A stretch of 64,000 bases of DNA, from NCBI GenBank assembly GCA_964599625.1, contig CAZRGC010000001.1, positions 244,959 to 308,958 of the forward strand, read 5' to 3'. Within the stretch, counting starts at the first letter, position 1. Every line of letters begins with the position of its first letter. The notes under the pieces are model-generated. The model was not told the DNA's origin, ran no database searches, and saw nothing but the letters and a program-made list of their open reading frames with translations. Source of the stretch: an uncultured Gammaproteobacteria bacterium (lineage in GTDB: Bacteria; Patescibacteriota; Microgenomatia; UBA8517). Made by a program: the position numbers and the translations under genes. Shown here one piece after another: positions 19,191-28,166 of this stretch.

Positions 19191-21428
19191 ATGAAATTGT
19201 CAAAAAATCCCGAAGTTTCTGTAATAATAGTGCATTACGGAGCAACAAAAGAAATTTTTGAGACCTTTAAACATTTGGCGCAAATACACTCCAAAAAGAA
19301 GAATGTGGAATTCTTGCTTGTAGACAATGATGAAAGAAAAACATCAGGAAAGAAAATTGCAAACAAGTATAAATGGGTCAAATATCTTAACCCGGGTAAA
19401 AATCTCGGTTTTGGGGGCGGAAGAAACTATGCGGAAAGATTTGCAAGTGGAAAGTACCTCTTGATGATGGATTCGGACGTCGTTCTTAAGAATAACGATT
19501 TTGTAAAACTTCTGAGTTTCATCAAAAGCAAAAAAGATTCCGGAATTGTTGCTCCCAAACTTGTTAACATTTCTGGCAAATATACTCCAAGTGCAACGTT
19601 GGAACTTACACCGCTCAGAGGGATTTATTACTTATCACTCATAAATAAATATTTTGGCAAAGTCAGATTGATTAAAAATTATCTTTTGTCGGATTGGGAT
19701 AGAAAAGGTGTTAAAAAAGTTGATGTTGCTCAACTTGGAGCCTTTTTTATATCCAGAAAAGATTTTATAAAGTCGGGGAAATTTGACGAGCAAATGTTTT
19801 TGTATTTCGAAGAAAATGATTTGGCCAAAAGAGTTCAAAATATTGGTAAAAAAGTTTATCTTTTGGGTGACACAACAGCAACACATCTTGAGTCCACGGG
19901 AACTCCAAAATCTTCCGATAAAATCCAAAGAGTTTTTCGTAAAAGCAGATTTAGATATTTCTCAAAACACTACGGATATCTGCAGGCCATGTTGGTTGAT
20001 TTTTTTGCCAATATAAACAAAGAATCATTGATTTTTGCTGCAATATTTATATTGGGGGCGTTTCTTAGGTTTTACAAAGTCACGGAGAACTTGGTTTTCA
20101 ACGGAGAAATGGGTTATGACTACCTTACAATCAAAGGGTTTGCTGATCGGGGAGAAATTCCATTAATTGGTCCCAGAACGTCTCATGAGTGGTTTTTTAT
20201 TGGGCCGATTTTTTACTGGATATTTGAATTACTTTTTATTTTTACCAATTATAAGGTGGAGTCTGGCGCATATTTCTTTGCAATTTTAGGGTCGCTTGCT
20301 GTGCCGATTTGTTACAAAGTGGTAAAGCATTTTTTTGGCAGCAGATCGGGTCTTGTTTCCTCATTTTTACTTAGTATTTCGCCGCTTTGGGTCGCACTTG
20401 GGAGAGATGCACGTTTTAATGCTTTTACCGCAATCTTGTTTTTCCCTTTTTACTATCTTTTGGTTAAAAACATTGAGGACAATAAAAATAACTATTTATT
20501 GCTTGGACTCTTGTTGGGTATTATGTTCAGTTTTTTTCCAAGTCCCATTCTTTTGGTACCTGCTGCCTTTGCAGCAATATATTTCTTCAGAAAAAAGTTT
20601 TTGTGGAAGGATGTTGCAACTGCCGCATTTGGGTTTTTGATACCTTTGGCAACTTACATTTATTACAATCTGACTACAGGTTTTGAAATAATTTCTAATT
20701 TGGCAAAATGGATACCGTACAGAATCTTGGGATTTGTCGGTTTGTATCAAAAGAACACGGTTTCCAAGGATATACTTGCATCGAATTTTAACGGTGTTTT
20801 TGATTTTTTTCGGTCTACATTTTTTAGGCAAGAAAACATAGCTGCCTATATATTGTTTTTTGTGGTAGTTGGTTTTTTTGTATATCGGCACAACAATTTA
20901 CGGCTAAAAATATTACTTATGGTTTCGGCGGTTAGTTATTTGGGTTTATTTTTGCATGGGGCCCCACCATCCCATTACTACCTTGTCATTTATCCCGTTC
21001 CTATAATTTTGACCGCAGTATTTTTGGACAGAATTATGGATAAATATATCTACATTGCTATAGCTTTTCTGATTTTTGTTTCCGCCACATCATTGAATTA
21101 TTACTTTTCGGATAAGTGGTTTTTTGTAAATAATAAAAAATCATCTGAAGACCTGACATACATACCATTTACTCTTCAAAAAGAAGTTGCTAGTTATATA
21201 GCAAAAGACTCTATGGGCGCCACGGTTGCCATTAATCGTGTTGGGCCCTTGGACCAATTCCGTGACGATTTCTCACTAAATTATCAATACCTTTTGAATT
21301 TGAAAGGAGTCAATATAAGTAAAGATTCCGATGTCTCCTACACTATTTATGAAGACACAAGATTTTTGGATACAAAAAACCCTGTTCACTGGGTAGGTAA
21401 CATTGCAGTCGTAAAATATGAAAAATAA
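19191..21428 (+). CDS. GT2 glycosyltransferase fused to a large C-terminal multi-TM (GT-C/ArnT-like) domain (745 aa)
   Basis: N-terminal VSVIIVHYGA...LLVDNDE...MMDSDV GT2 motifs. The C-terminal ~450 aa has >10 TM helices. Confidence 0.7.
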   Translation: MKLSKNPEVSVIIVHYGATKEIFETFKHLAQIHSKKKNVEFLLVDNDERKTSGKKIANKYKWVKYLNPGKNLGFGGGRNYAERFASGKYLLMMDSDVVLKNNDFVKLLSFIKSKKDSGIVAPKLVNISGKYTPSATLELTPLRGIYYLSLINKYFGKVRLIKNYLLSDWDRKGVKKVDVAQLGAFFISRKDFIKSGKFDEQMFLYFEENDLAKRVQNIGKKVYLLGDTTATHLESTGTPKSSDKIQRVFRKSRFRYFSKHYGYLQAMLVDFFANINKESLIFAAIFILGAFLRFYKVTENLVFNGEMGYDYLTIKGFADRGEIPLIGPRTSHEWFFIGPIFYWIFELLFIFTNYKVESGAYFFAILGSLAVPICYKVVKHFFGSRSGLVSSFLLSISPLWVALGRDARFNAFTAILFFPFYYLLVKNIEDNKNNYLLLGLLLGIMFSFFPSPILLVPAAFAAIYFFRKKFLWKDVATAAFGFLIPLATYIYYNLTTGFEIISNLAKWIPYRILGFVGLYQKNTVSKDILASNFNGVFDFFRSTFFRQENIAAYILFFVVVGFFVYRHNNLRLKILLMVSAVSYLGLFLHGAPPSHYYLVIYPVPIILTAVFLDRIMDKYIYIAIAFLIFVSATSLNYYFSDKWFFVNNKKSSEDLTYIPFTLQKEVASYIAKDSMGATVAINRVGPLDQFRDDFSLNYQYLLNLKGVNISKDSDVSYTIYEDTRFLDTKNPVHWVGNIAVVKYEK

Positions 21429-21996
21429 TTTGGAGATAATAACTCTTAAAAAAAACAACATTAAAAACTTTGCCAAAGAACGCAATATTCTTCTAAGAAA
21501 TTCAAAATCGGATTGGGTTTTTTTCAAAGATTCCGACGAGGTGATAAGTAAAAAACTTCTTAAAGAAATAAAGTCAGCAACCAGAAATGACAAAGTTAAC
21601 GGTTACTATGTTTTTAGGAAAAATTTTTTGTTTGGAAAGTATGCCGGAACTGACAAGATTTTACGCTTGGGTAGAAAGGAAAGAGGAAAATGGGTGCGGG
21701 CTGTCCACGAAGTTTGGATAGTAAGCGGAAACAAAGGAGAATTAAAAAACTTTCTGGTTCATCGCGACAACTCTTCTGTTTCGGACTTGGTCAAAAAAAT
21801 CAACAATTATTCCGATATTCACGCTTTGGAGAACAGAAAGGAAGGTAAAAGATCCGATCTTGTTAAGATAATATTTTTTCCCATTTTCAAATTTATTCAA
21901 AGTATATTCGAGGGCAGAAGTGTTGCAATGAGCGTGTTACAATCATTTCACTCGCTTTTGTCATGGTTAAAGTTATGGGAATTACAAAAAGACTAA
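21418..21996 (+). CDS. GT2-family C-terminal fragment (WaaE/KdtX-like region without the N-terminal Rossmann start); possibly truncated or split gene
   Basis: Translation starts inside the GT2 fold (NFAKERNILLRNSKSDWVFFKDSDEV matches the ...ARN...DWxxFLDADE region). The NEEKxI/DGGSTD N-terminus is absent. Overlaps the end of the previous gene. Confidence 0.45.
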   Translation: MKNNLEIITLKKNNIKNFAKERNILLRNSKSDWVFFKDSDEVISKKLLKEIKSATRNDKVNGYYVFRKNFLFGKYAGTDKILRLGRKERGKWVRAVHEVWIVSGNKGELKNFLVHRDNSSVSDLVKKINNYSDIHALENRKEGKRSDLVKIIFFPIFKFIQSIFEGRSVAMSVLQSFHSLLSWLKLWELQKD

Positions 21997-23108
21997 CACT
22001 CCAAAATATATTCATTTTTTTGTTCTTTGCGATTTTTCCTTTTGGCCAAATAATACGAGTTGGTGTTCTTCATCCATTGGACACTGTTGCGTTCATTGGT
22101 GGATTTATCGCTTTGGCTCTAAATTACAAAAAGCCAGCCCTTTTTAAGTTTCTGGAAAATTTTCTTGTGGTGCTTTTTTTTGGGTGGATATTCTCATTTT
22201 TTATTTTTGAGTCAACGGAAATATTGTACGGTTTTCTTTATTTGCTTCGACTGGCCGCCTATTTTTACTTCTTTTTGTACATTTACAACTTTGTAAAAAA
22301 GTCCGATAAAAACAAACAGCTTGTTTTAAATTCTTTACTTTTAATATCTGTTGTATCGGCATTTTTTGGGTGGATTCAATTTTTTTGGGTTCCGGATATT
22401 AAGCCGTTTTTTACGTACGGCTGGGACGAACATTTGTTTAGACTTGTTGGCACTTTTTTGGACCCCACATATTTGGGTCTAATAATAGTTTTTGGGTTGT
22501 TGCTTGCTATAGATAAAAAAATAAAAACACTATTTATTTTCCTTTTTGTATCATTAGCGTTTACTTATTCACGCGCTTCTTACTTGGCTTTTTTGGCAGG
22601 GGCGGGTTATTTGGCTTTTGCATCCGGGAAACTTGGCAGATGGGTTTTGATACTCGCAAGTTTGATTATTATTGTTTTGGCATTGCCCACATCCAAAAAT
22701 CACAGTATCGAAATCACCAGAATGTTTTCTGTTGTTGCACGTGTGGAGAATTACAAAACAACCCTTGGAATATTTAAAGAATCCCCGATTTTTGGTGTAG
22801 GCTTTAACAACCTTTGTCTTGCATATAACAGATTTGTCGGTTACCAGTCAGTTTCCTCGCACGCATGCTCGGGTTCAGACTCAAGTATTTTGTTTTTGCT
22901 GGCAACTGGAGGAATTGCGGGTTTGTTTTCGTTTCTCCTGATTGCAAGAGTTACCTGGAGGTTTACAAAAAGCAAGGTTTTTAGGTCTGTGCTTGTGGCA
23001 CTTATTGTTCACTCGTTATTTTCCAACTCTTTGTTTTATCCCTGGATATTATCTTTTGTGTTGGTGCTTCTGGCTATGTTTTTAGGTGACGAAATGAAGG
23101 GTGAGTGA
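21963..23108 (+). CDS. O-antigen ligase/polymerase-like (Wzy/WaaL family) membrane protein
   Basis: Ten or more TM helices with a large loop. Position at the end of the glycan cluster. Confidence 0.5.
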   Translation: MVKVMGITKRLTLQNIFIFLFFAIFPFGQIIRVGVLHPLDTVAFIGGFIALALNYKKPALFKFLENFLVVLFFGWIFSFFIFESTEILYGFLYLLRLAAYFYFFLYIYNFVKKSDKNKQLVLNSLLLISVVSAFFGWIQFFWVPDIKPFFTYGWDEHLFRLVGTFLDPTYLGLIIVFGLLLAIDKKIKTLFIFLFVSLAFTYSRASYLAFLAGAGYLAFASGKLGRWVLILASLIIIVLALPTSKNHSIEITRMFSVVARVENYKTTLGIFKESPIFGVGFNNLCLAYNRFVGYQSVSSHACSGSDSSILFLLATGGIAGLFSFLLIARVTWRFTKSKVFRSVLVALIVHSLFSNSLFYPWILSFVLVLLAMFLGDEMKGE

Positions 23109-23798
23109 GGTGTTGGTTTCGTTGCCGGCTTTGTCTTTGGCTTTTACGTCAAACTTATTTTCACCTTCGTTTAGAGTGGTTGTAAACTGAAACTTTCCTT
23201 CCTCGTCGACAGAAACAAATCGTTCATTAATTGTTATTTCCACTTCTGCCTCGGCTTTTCCTTGGATTGTCACCTGTCTTTGTTTGGAGCCAATATACTG
23301 GGCACCATCTAGTGGGGTTTCTATAGTGAGAGTTGGAGGTTTGTTGTCATAAAAAACTTTCCCGCTTGTGGAGTCTTGGCTGATGTTTCCTGCAGTGTCT
23401 ACAGCGGTTGCAGAAAAGGAATTCTCTCCGTCTGCCAGATCTAACGAAAAACTAAAATGCCCGTCTTTGTTTGCCAAAACTTCCTGCGCTACACCATTAA
23501 ATTCAAGTTTGATGGTTGCGCCTGCCTCGGAGTTACCTGAAAGGTCCAGTCTTTGGTTATTTGTGTTGTCGGGGTATGTATTAAATTTTGGAGGAGCCGG
23601 TGGGGTTTTGTCGTTTTGAGATATTGCTTTTCCGCTTTTTCCAAGGTCTGAAACAATTGTTGCAAACCTGCCCAATATTGGGCTACCGAAGAAAAATATC
23701 AAAGCAAGTGTTGCAATTGATACCAAAACAAGCGTGATTGCTTTTTTAATGTTGTTTTTTTCTTCTACTGCTTCACGTCTGGAATATAGTCGTCCCAT
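23082..23798 (-). CDS. Membrane-anchored protein with bacterial Ig-like (Big) repeats
   Basis: N-terminal TM. Repeated DxAGN-containing Ig-like segments (ATAVDTAGNIS, DVKAKDKAGNETN). Confidence 0.5.
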   Translation of the reverse strand: MGRLYSRREAVEEKNNIKKAITLVLVSIATLALIFFFGSPILGRFATIVSDLGKSGKAISQNDKTPPAPPKFNTYPDNTNNQRLDLSGNSEAGATIKLEFNGVAQEVLANKDGHFSFSLDLADGENSFSATAVDTAGNISQDSTSGKVFYDNKPPTLTIETPLDGAQYIGSKQRQVTIQGKAEAEVEITINERFVSVDEEGKFQFTTTLNEGENKFDVKAKDKAGNETNTSLTLHFVT

Positions 23799-23819
23799 TT
23801 GTTAGCCCAGTATACCAAA

Positions 23820-24029
23820 TTATGCAAAAAACGGATCAGGGTGATCTGTGCCGCCCATTTTTTCTATTTTATCTATATCTTCCAGTGTTAGGTTTTTGCC
23901 CTCTCTCAACCTTTTTACGCCAATTCTTATGGTTGGCGAAATTTGTTTATCGGGATCGTCAACATCAAAGCCTTTGGCATAGGCTTCTTGTATTGTTGAG
24001 AGTAATATTTCGGATAGTCTTCTTTCCAT
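23820..24029 (-). CDS. Hypothetical small protein (69 aa)
   Basis: ORF only; ends 5 nt from the tRNA-Thr. Confidence 0.35.
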   Translation of the reverse strand: MERRLSEILLSTIQEAYAKGFDVDDPDKQISPTIRIGVKRLREGKNLTLEDIDKIEKMGGTDHPDPFFA

Positions 24030-24033
24030 TTTG

Positions 24034-24104
24034 AGCCGATGGGGGGAATCGAACCCTCGTCCGCGGTTTACGATACCGCTGCTTTACCACTAAGCTACAT
24101 CGGC
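24034..24104 (-). tRNA. tRNA-Thr (anticodon CGT)
   Basis: Reverse complement folds. Acceptor GCCGATG/CATCGGC, D-arm GCTT-AGTGGTA-AAGC, anticodon stem GCGGT/ACCGC with loop ATCGTAA, T-loop TTCGATT. One A-C mismatch in the T-stem. No encoded CCA. Confidence 0.75.
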
Positions 24105-24275
24105 TTGTGAAGCCTCTTTCGCTCGGCTTCGCCTAAAGCTACATCGGCGCGTCGAAAATAGCTTCGTTTTCTGCAAAAAAATGATTTTTTGCATCATTAC
24201 TGCGCTTTTTCTCCTTTCAAAATCGTACCGATTTTGTTCCGAATTATAACACGCGGAGAGTGTGATGAATTAAAA

Positions 24276-24995
24276 TTAATACCCTGTAAATTTCTCTGTT
24301 CTAATCTTATCGTCTGAGATTTTCATCTTTTCCATGGTTTCTTCCATTGCGTCAACAAGCCCTGGAGGTCCGCAAAGCCAGTATGTGGGATTGTGTATAT
24401 TTCCGGCGGCTTTTCTTAGTAATTTTTCGTCAATCCTACCCGTTAATCCGTTCCATTTTCTTTTGCTCTCTTCGGGGTGGGAGACCGTAACAAACAGCTT
24501 TAAATTTTTCCACTGCTTTTCCCAGGTGGCTAGTTCGTCAAGAAAGGCGGTTTCTTCCGGGGTTGAATTTGAATACACCAAAGCAATTTTTGTGTCCAGA
24601 TTTTTATCGATTGCGTATTTGATCATGCTTCTGAATGGAGTTACGCCAATTCCTCCGGCAATAAATATGTGGTTTCCTGATTCTTTTTCGTCAAGGACAA
24701 AAGTGCCGCTTGGCCCCTCTGCATCAATGATTGTTCCAACCGGTAGAGTGTCTAAGGTTTGTTTGTACCCTGATTCTTCCCGTATTCGGGTAGTGACTCT
24801 TAAAATATTACCTTCCGTGGGTGAGGTGGATGTAGTAAAGTGTCTGGTGGCACCTCTTGGGTCGGGGAACTTGAGTTCTGGGAGAGTAAAGTAAAAATAT
24901 TGACCGGGAATCCAATCCAACTTCCTGTCTGGCTCCCAAAAAAATGATTTGGTTCCTTTTGCTTCTTCCGTGACTTTAATAAGCTTTAACTTCAT
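24276..24995 (-). CDS. FAD/NAD(P)-binding oxidoreductase, ferredoxin-NADP reductase-like
   Basis: RHFTTS (RxYS FAD-binding) and GGIGVTPF NAD(P)-binding motifs. Confidence 0.75.
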   Translation of the reverse strand: MKLKLIKVTEEAKGTKSFFWEPDRKLDWIPGQYFYFTLPELKFPDPRGATRHFTTSTSPTEGNILRVTTRIREESGYKQTLDTLPVGTIIDAEGPSGTFVLDEKESGNHIFIAGGIGVTPFRSMIKYAIDKNLDTKIALVYSNSTPEETAFLDELATWEKQWKNLKLFVTVSHPEESKRKWNGLTGRIDEKLLRKAAGNIHNPTYWLCGPPGLVDAMEETMEKMKISDDKIRTEKFTGY

Positions 24996-25159
24996 GTCTA
25001 CATTATACCCTAACGTTTTGGTTTGTCTTTGATGCCAAGTTGGTTCATGCGGTTTATCGCATCCGCTCTTTTTTTGTATGGACCTCCCAAATGAATTTTG
25101 GAGTGACTGCCTATTATGTAATAACCCTCTTTTCTTTTTATTATCACAATTAAAGTATA

Positions 25160-26434
25160 TCAGTCCAATATTTTGTTTTTTATAAAGAAAACAAAACCGT
25201 TATCCGTAACTGTTTTTATTGCGTCAACGGGAGATGTAAATTGCCCGACAACAAAATTTTTCATTGTCAGATTTTCATTTTTGATGAGATTTTTGCTGTC
25301 GTAATAAAAATGAAAAAGTGTAAGCATGTTCCATGCAAAAAGAAGCGAAAAAGTAACATATATAATATTTTTCCTGTAATTTTTCATAATTTCGGAAATT
25401 CCAAAAATAAAAAACGGCGACGCAGAGATTGCAAATCTTTGACCGTACCCCGCCGAGGTGTTGGCAGACCAAAAAGAACAAATCAAAAACAGGATTGAGA
25501 CAGTAAGTATAAAGATATATTTTTTGGTTTTGATAAGTCCCAAAAGACCCAATAAATAAACAGGTGTCCACACAAAAAGACCCCTTTTTGGTGAAAGGAA
25601 AAACTCAAAAATCTGTTCGAATGTAAAATTAAAAGTGCCGGAAGCTCCAGTTATGTAAGGAGAGGTAAACACACCCCCGTACATTAAGTAGTAACTTGCA
25701 AAAAGAGGTGCCGAAAAAATGATAAATCCGACAGGAAGCATGACTGCATGGTCCCATTTTGGCTTTACTTTTGTTAAATTAATCAAGGCTGGAATTGCAA
25801 GGACGACATCTGCCACTCTGGTTATCATTAATAACCCGGTCAGTCCTCCCATAAGAAAAAAGTTAAGAAATTTATCCTTTAACTTGTGAGATGCAAAAAG
25901 AAGCAATGACACAATAAAAAAAGCAGGTTGGTGAGAAAGTGCCGGCTCAAAAGAAGAATAATAAAAAAGGTTTGAGCAAACAAAAAACAGTAAAACTGCA
26001 AAAACGGAGGTTGTTTTATCGTAAAAATTCTCCAGATATTTTTGAGTGAAATAAATTCCGCCGATTGCGAACAGAATTCCTGTTATTCCCGGACCTATTT
26101 CCAAAAGCAAACTAAATTTATCTTGGACAAAAGTATAAATTATTGCCAACGAAGGTATCCAAAAAAGCCCTGTTCCAATTGGGAACGGGTTTTTGTATAT
26201 CCCCAACGGGCCCAGTGATGCATTCCAAAAGACTCTGCTAAAAACATATTTGGGGCCTTGGAAATTTTCCAGATGGTTGAATATCGGACCAAAGTTTAGG
26301 CTTTTTTCAAAGAAAATAGCGTTTGTGTAACTGTAATATCCGTTCCCGTCACCATAAATACCATGACCAGAAACTACAAAGTGGATTATGTAGATTATGA
26401 AGCAGGTGATAAAAATGAAAAAATATTTTTTCAA
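25160..26434 (-). CDS. Multi-TM membrane protein, putative GT-C-type glycosyltransferase (low confidence)
   Basis: About 12 TM helices. Resembles PMT/ArnT-like polytopic proteins; function not established. Confidence 0.5.
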   Translation of the reverse strand: MKKYFFIFITCFIIYIIHFVVSGHGIYGDGNGYYSYTNAIFFEKSLNFGPIFNHLENFQGPKYVFSRVFWNASLGPLGIYKNPFPIGTGLFWIPSLAIIYTFVQDKFSLLLEIGPGITGILFAIGGIYFTQKYLENFYDKTTSVFAVLLFFVCSNLFYYSSFEPALSHQPAFFIVSLLLFASHKLKDKFLNFFLMGGLTGLLMITRVADVVLAIPALINLTKVKPKWDHAVMLPVGFIIFSAPLFASYYLMYGGVFTSPYITGASGTFNFTFEQIFEFFLSPKRGLFVWTPVYLLGLLGLIKTKKYIFILTVSILFLICSFWSANTSAGYGQRFAISASPFFIFGISEIMKNYRKNIIYVTFSLLFAWNMLTLFHFYYDSKNLIKNENLTMKNFVVGQFTSPVDAIKTVTDNGFVFFIKNKILD

Positions 26435-26781
26435 GATTTAGACTGCTTACTTTCTTTTTGGATCAAGTTCCAATGATATTTATATAAAGGAATACCCACA
26501 AGGAGCATAGAAAGTGCGGTTGAAGCTTGTCTTTGGCGCTGTCTTTGGGTTTCTGTTTCCTGCATTCTTTTTTGTTCGGCAATTTCTTCGTCTGTTAGTT
26601 TTACTTCTTTTCCTTCGGGAGTGAATTTTGTTGGAACAGAATAATTTTCGTACCTGTCTGCACCTTTGAACAAATAAACTTTGATTCCCAAATCCACAAG
26701 TTGAATTGATCCAATTACCCCAACCAAAAGTCCAATAAAAGAAAAAAGATACAGGTATAAAAGTCTAATGGAGAATTTCAT
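26431..26781 (-). CDS. Small membrane protein (116 aa) with two TM helices and a charged RQRQRQ segment
   Basis: The ORF track shows a long N-terminal extension. The only in-frame ATG giving a TM start is MKFSIRLL at 26781. Confidence 0.45.
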   Translation of the reverse strand: MKFSIRLLYLYLFSFIGLLVGVIGSIQLVDLGIKVYLFKGADRYENYSVPTKFTPEGKEVKLTDEEIAEQKRMQETETQRQRQRQASTALSMLLVGIPLYKYHWNLIQKESKQSKS

Positions 26782-26800
26782 GAATTTAGTATAACAAAAA

Positions 26801-27787
26801 TTGTATAATTTGTGGATTATGTCGAATTTTTGGCAAAAATTAAGTAAGCCATTTACAGTTTTGGCGCCCATGGACGACGTTACCGATAACGTTTTTAGGC
26901 AAGTTGTACTTTCTTCTGCCCGCCCGGACGTCTTTTTTACAGAATTTACAAGCGCCGATGGGCTTGTTTTCAATAGCCATGGTGTACCCAGAAGAAAACT
27001 GACTTTTACCCAAAATCAAAGACCGATTGTAGCTCAGATTTGGGGAAATAACCCCGAAAATATGGAAAAAGCCGCCAAAATTGTAAAGGAGTTGGATTTT
27101 GACGGGATAGATATAAATATGGGTTGCCCGGTGCGTGAAGTCGTACGCGCAAAAGCAGGAGCAGGCCTCATTGGAGAGTATGATTCGGTGGGTAAAATTA
27201 TTGACGCGGTCAAAAAAGGGGCCAAGGGTCTACCTGTGTCTGTAAAAACCAGGTTAGGAATAAATCAAAACATAGCGGAGGAATGGGCAACTTTTTTGCT
27301 GCGACAAGAAATTACTGCCTTGACAATACATGGCCGTACTGCAAAGCAAATGTCCAAAGGCAGTGCAGATTGGGATGAAATTGGCAAAATTGTGAAAATT
27401 AAAAATCAAATTTCACCCGAAACTTTGGTTATCGGCAATGGTGATATCAAAAATTACTCAGAAGTGAAAATGGCGCGTGAAAATTATGATGTAGATGGAG
27501 TCATGGTGGGTCGTGGAATTTTTGATAACCCATGGGTTTTTGACAAAACAGATAGGACAAGAACCACAAAAGAGTATTTTGATTTAATGGAAATGCATAT
27601 TAACCTGTTCCAAAAAACATGGGGAGATTCTAAAAACTTTGCCATACTCAAAAAATTTTTTAAGATCTATATCAAAGATTTTCGTGGTGCGGCTGAGCTA
27701 AGACAGGAATTTATGGAAAGTAAAAGCAAGGAGGAAGTCTCTGTGTTAATGGAAAAATTTAGAGCTACCGCGATTTCAGGGACATAG
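26801..27787 (+). CDS. dus: tRNA-dihydrouridine synthase (Dus family)
   Basis: FTVLAPMDDVTD, IWGNNPE and DINMGCPVREV motifs of the FMN TIM-barrel Dus family. Start may be the ATG at 26819. Confidence 0.85.
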   Translation: MYNLWIMSNFWQKLSKPFTVLAPMDDVTDNVFRQVVLSSARPDVFFTEFTSADGLVFNSHGVPRRKLTFTQNQRPIVAQIWGNNPENMEKAAKIVKELDFDGIDINMGCPVREVVRAKAGAGLIGEYDSVGKIIDAVKKGAKGLPVSVKTRLGINQNIAEEWATFLLRQEITALTIHGRTAKQMSKGSADWDEIGKIVKIKNQISPETLVIGNGDIKNYSEVKMARENYDVDGVMVGRGIFDNPWVFDKTDRTRTTKEYFDLMEMHINLFQKTWGDSKNFAILKKFFKIYIKDFRGAAELRQEFMESKSKEEVSVLMEKFRATAISGT

Positions 27788-27815
27788 TCCGAAGAAGTCG
27801 CGGTAGCTTTTTGGG

Positions 27816-28067
27816 CTACTTGGTTTTGTAAAGCAGGAAGCCGAGTACGCCGATGGTGATAACATCCAGCCAGACAAAGCTGCCCGCGGCAATATGGTAC
27901 GAACCGCCGTTGACTAGCGCGCCGATGACTCCAATGGTCAGGCCCCCACAGATGCTGAGAACCAACAGAACTCCCAGGGGAATTAACCCGTGCCACCAAG
28001 GTCGGCCTGTGTCGCGATACCGCATACAGAGCCAGATGGTGAGTCCAACCTCGAGTAAAAACAACAT
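27816..28067 (-). CDS. Small two-TM membrane protein (83 aa), GC-rich
   Basis: AGGAG 8 nt upstream of the ATG at 28067. The longer ORF-track version lacks an RBS. Confidence 0.5.
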   Translation of the reverse strand: MLFLLEVGLTIWLCMRYRDTGRPWWHGLIPLGVLLVLSICGGLTIGVIGALVNGGSYHIAAGSFVWLDVITIGVLGFLLYKTK

Positions 28068-28166
28068 TCTACACACTCCTAGGGTGATTTTGACGTGCTG
28101 TCTTTTGCAAAGACAGGAAATTCTACCACAAAGTAGCATGTTGTCCGTGTTAGAATTGGGAAAATT

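Noticed and set aside
21418-21996. Full-length independent GT2 glycosyltransferase
   Set aside because: Sequence begins mid-fold, missing the nucleotide-binding N-terminus. Kept only as a fragment or possible pseudogene.
26431-26973. 180-aa version of the small membrane protein (ORF track) and the 139-aa version at 27816-28235
   Set aside because: N-terminal extensions overlap neighbouring genes and promoters and lack RBS. Internal ATGs with RBS (28067) or giving a sensible TM start (26781) were preferred.
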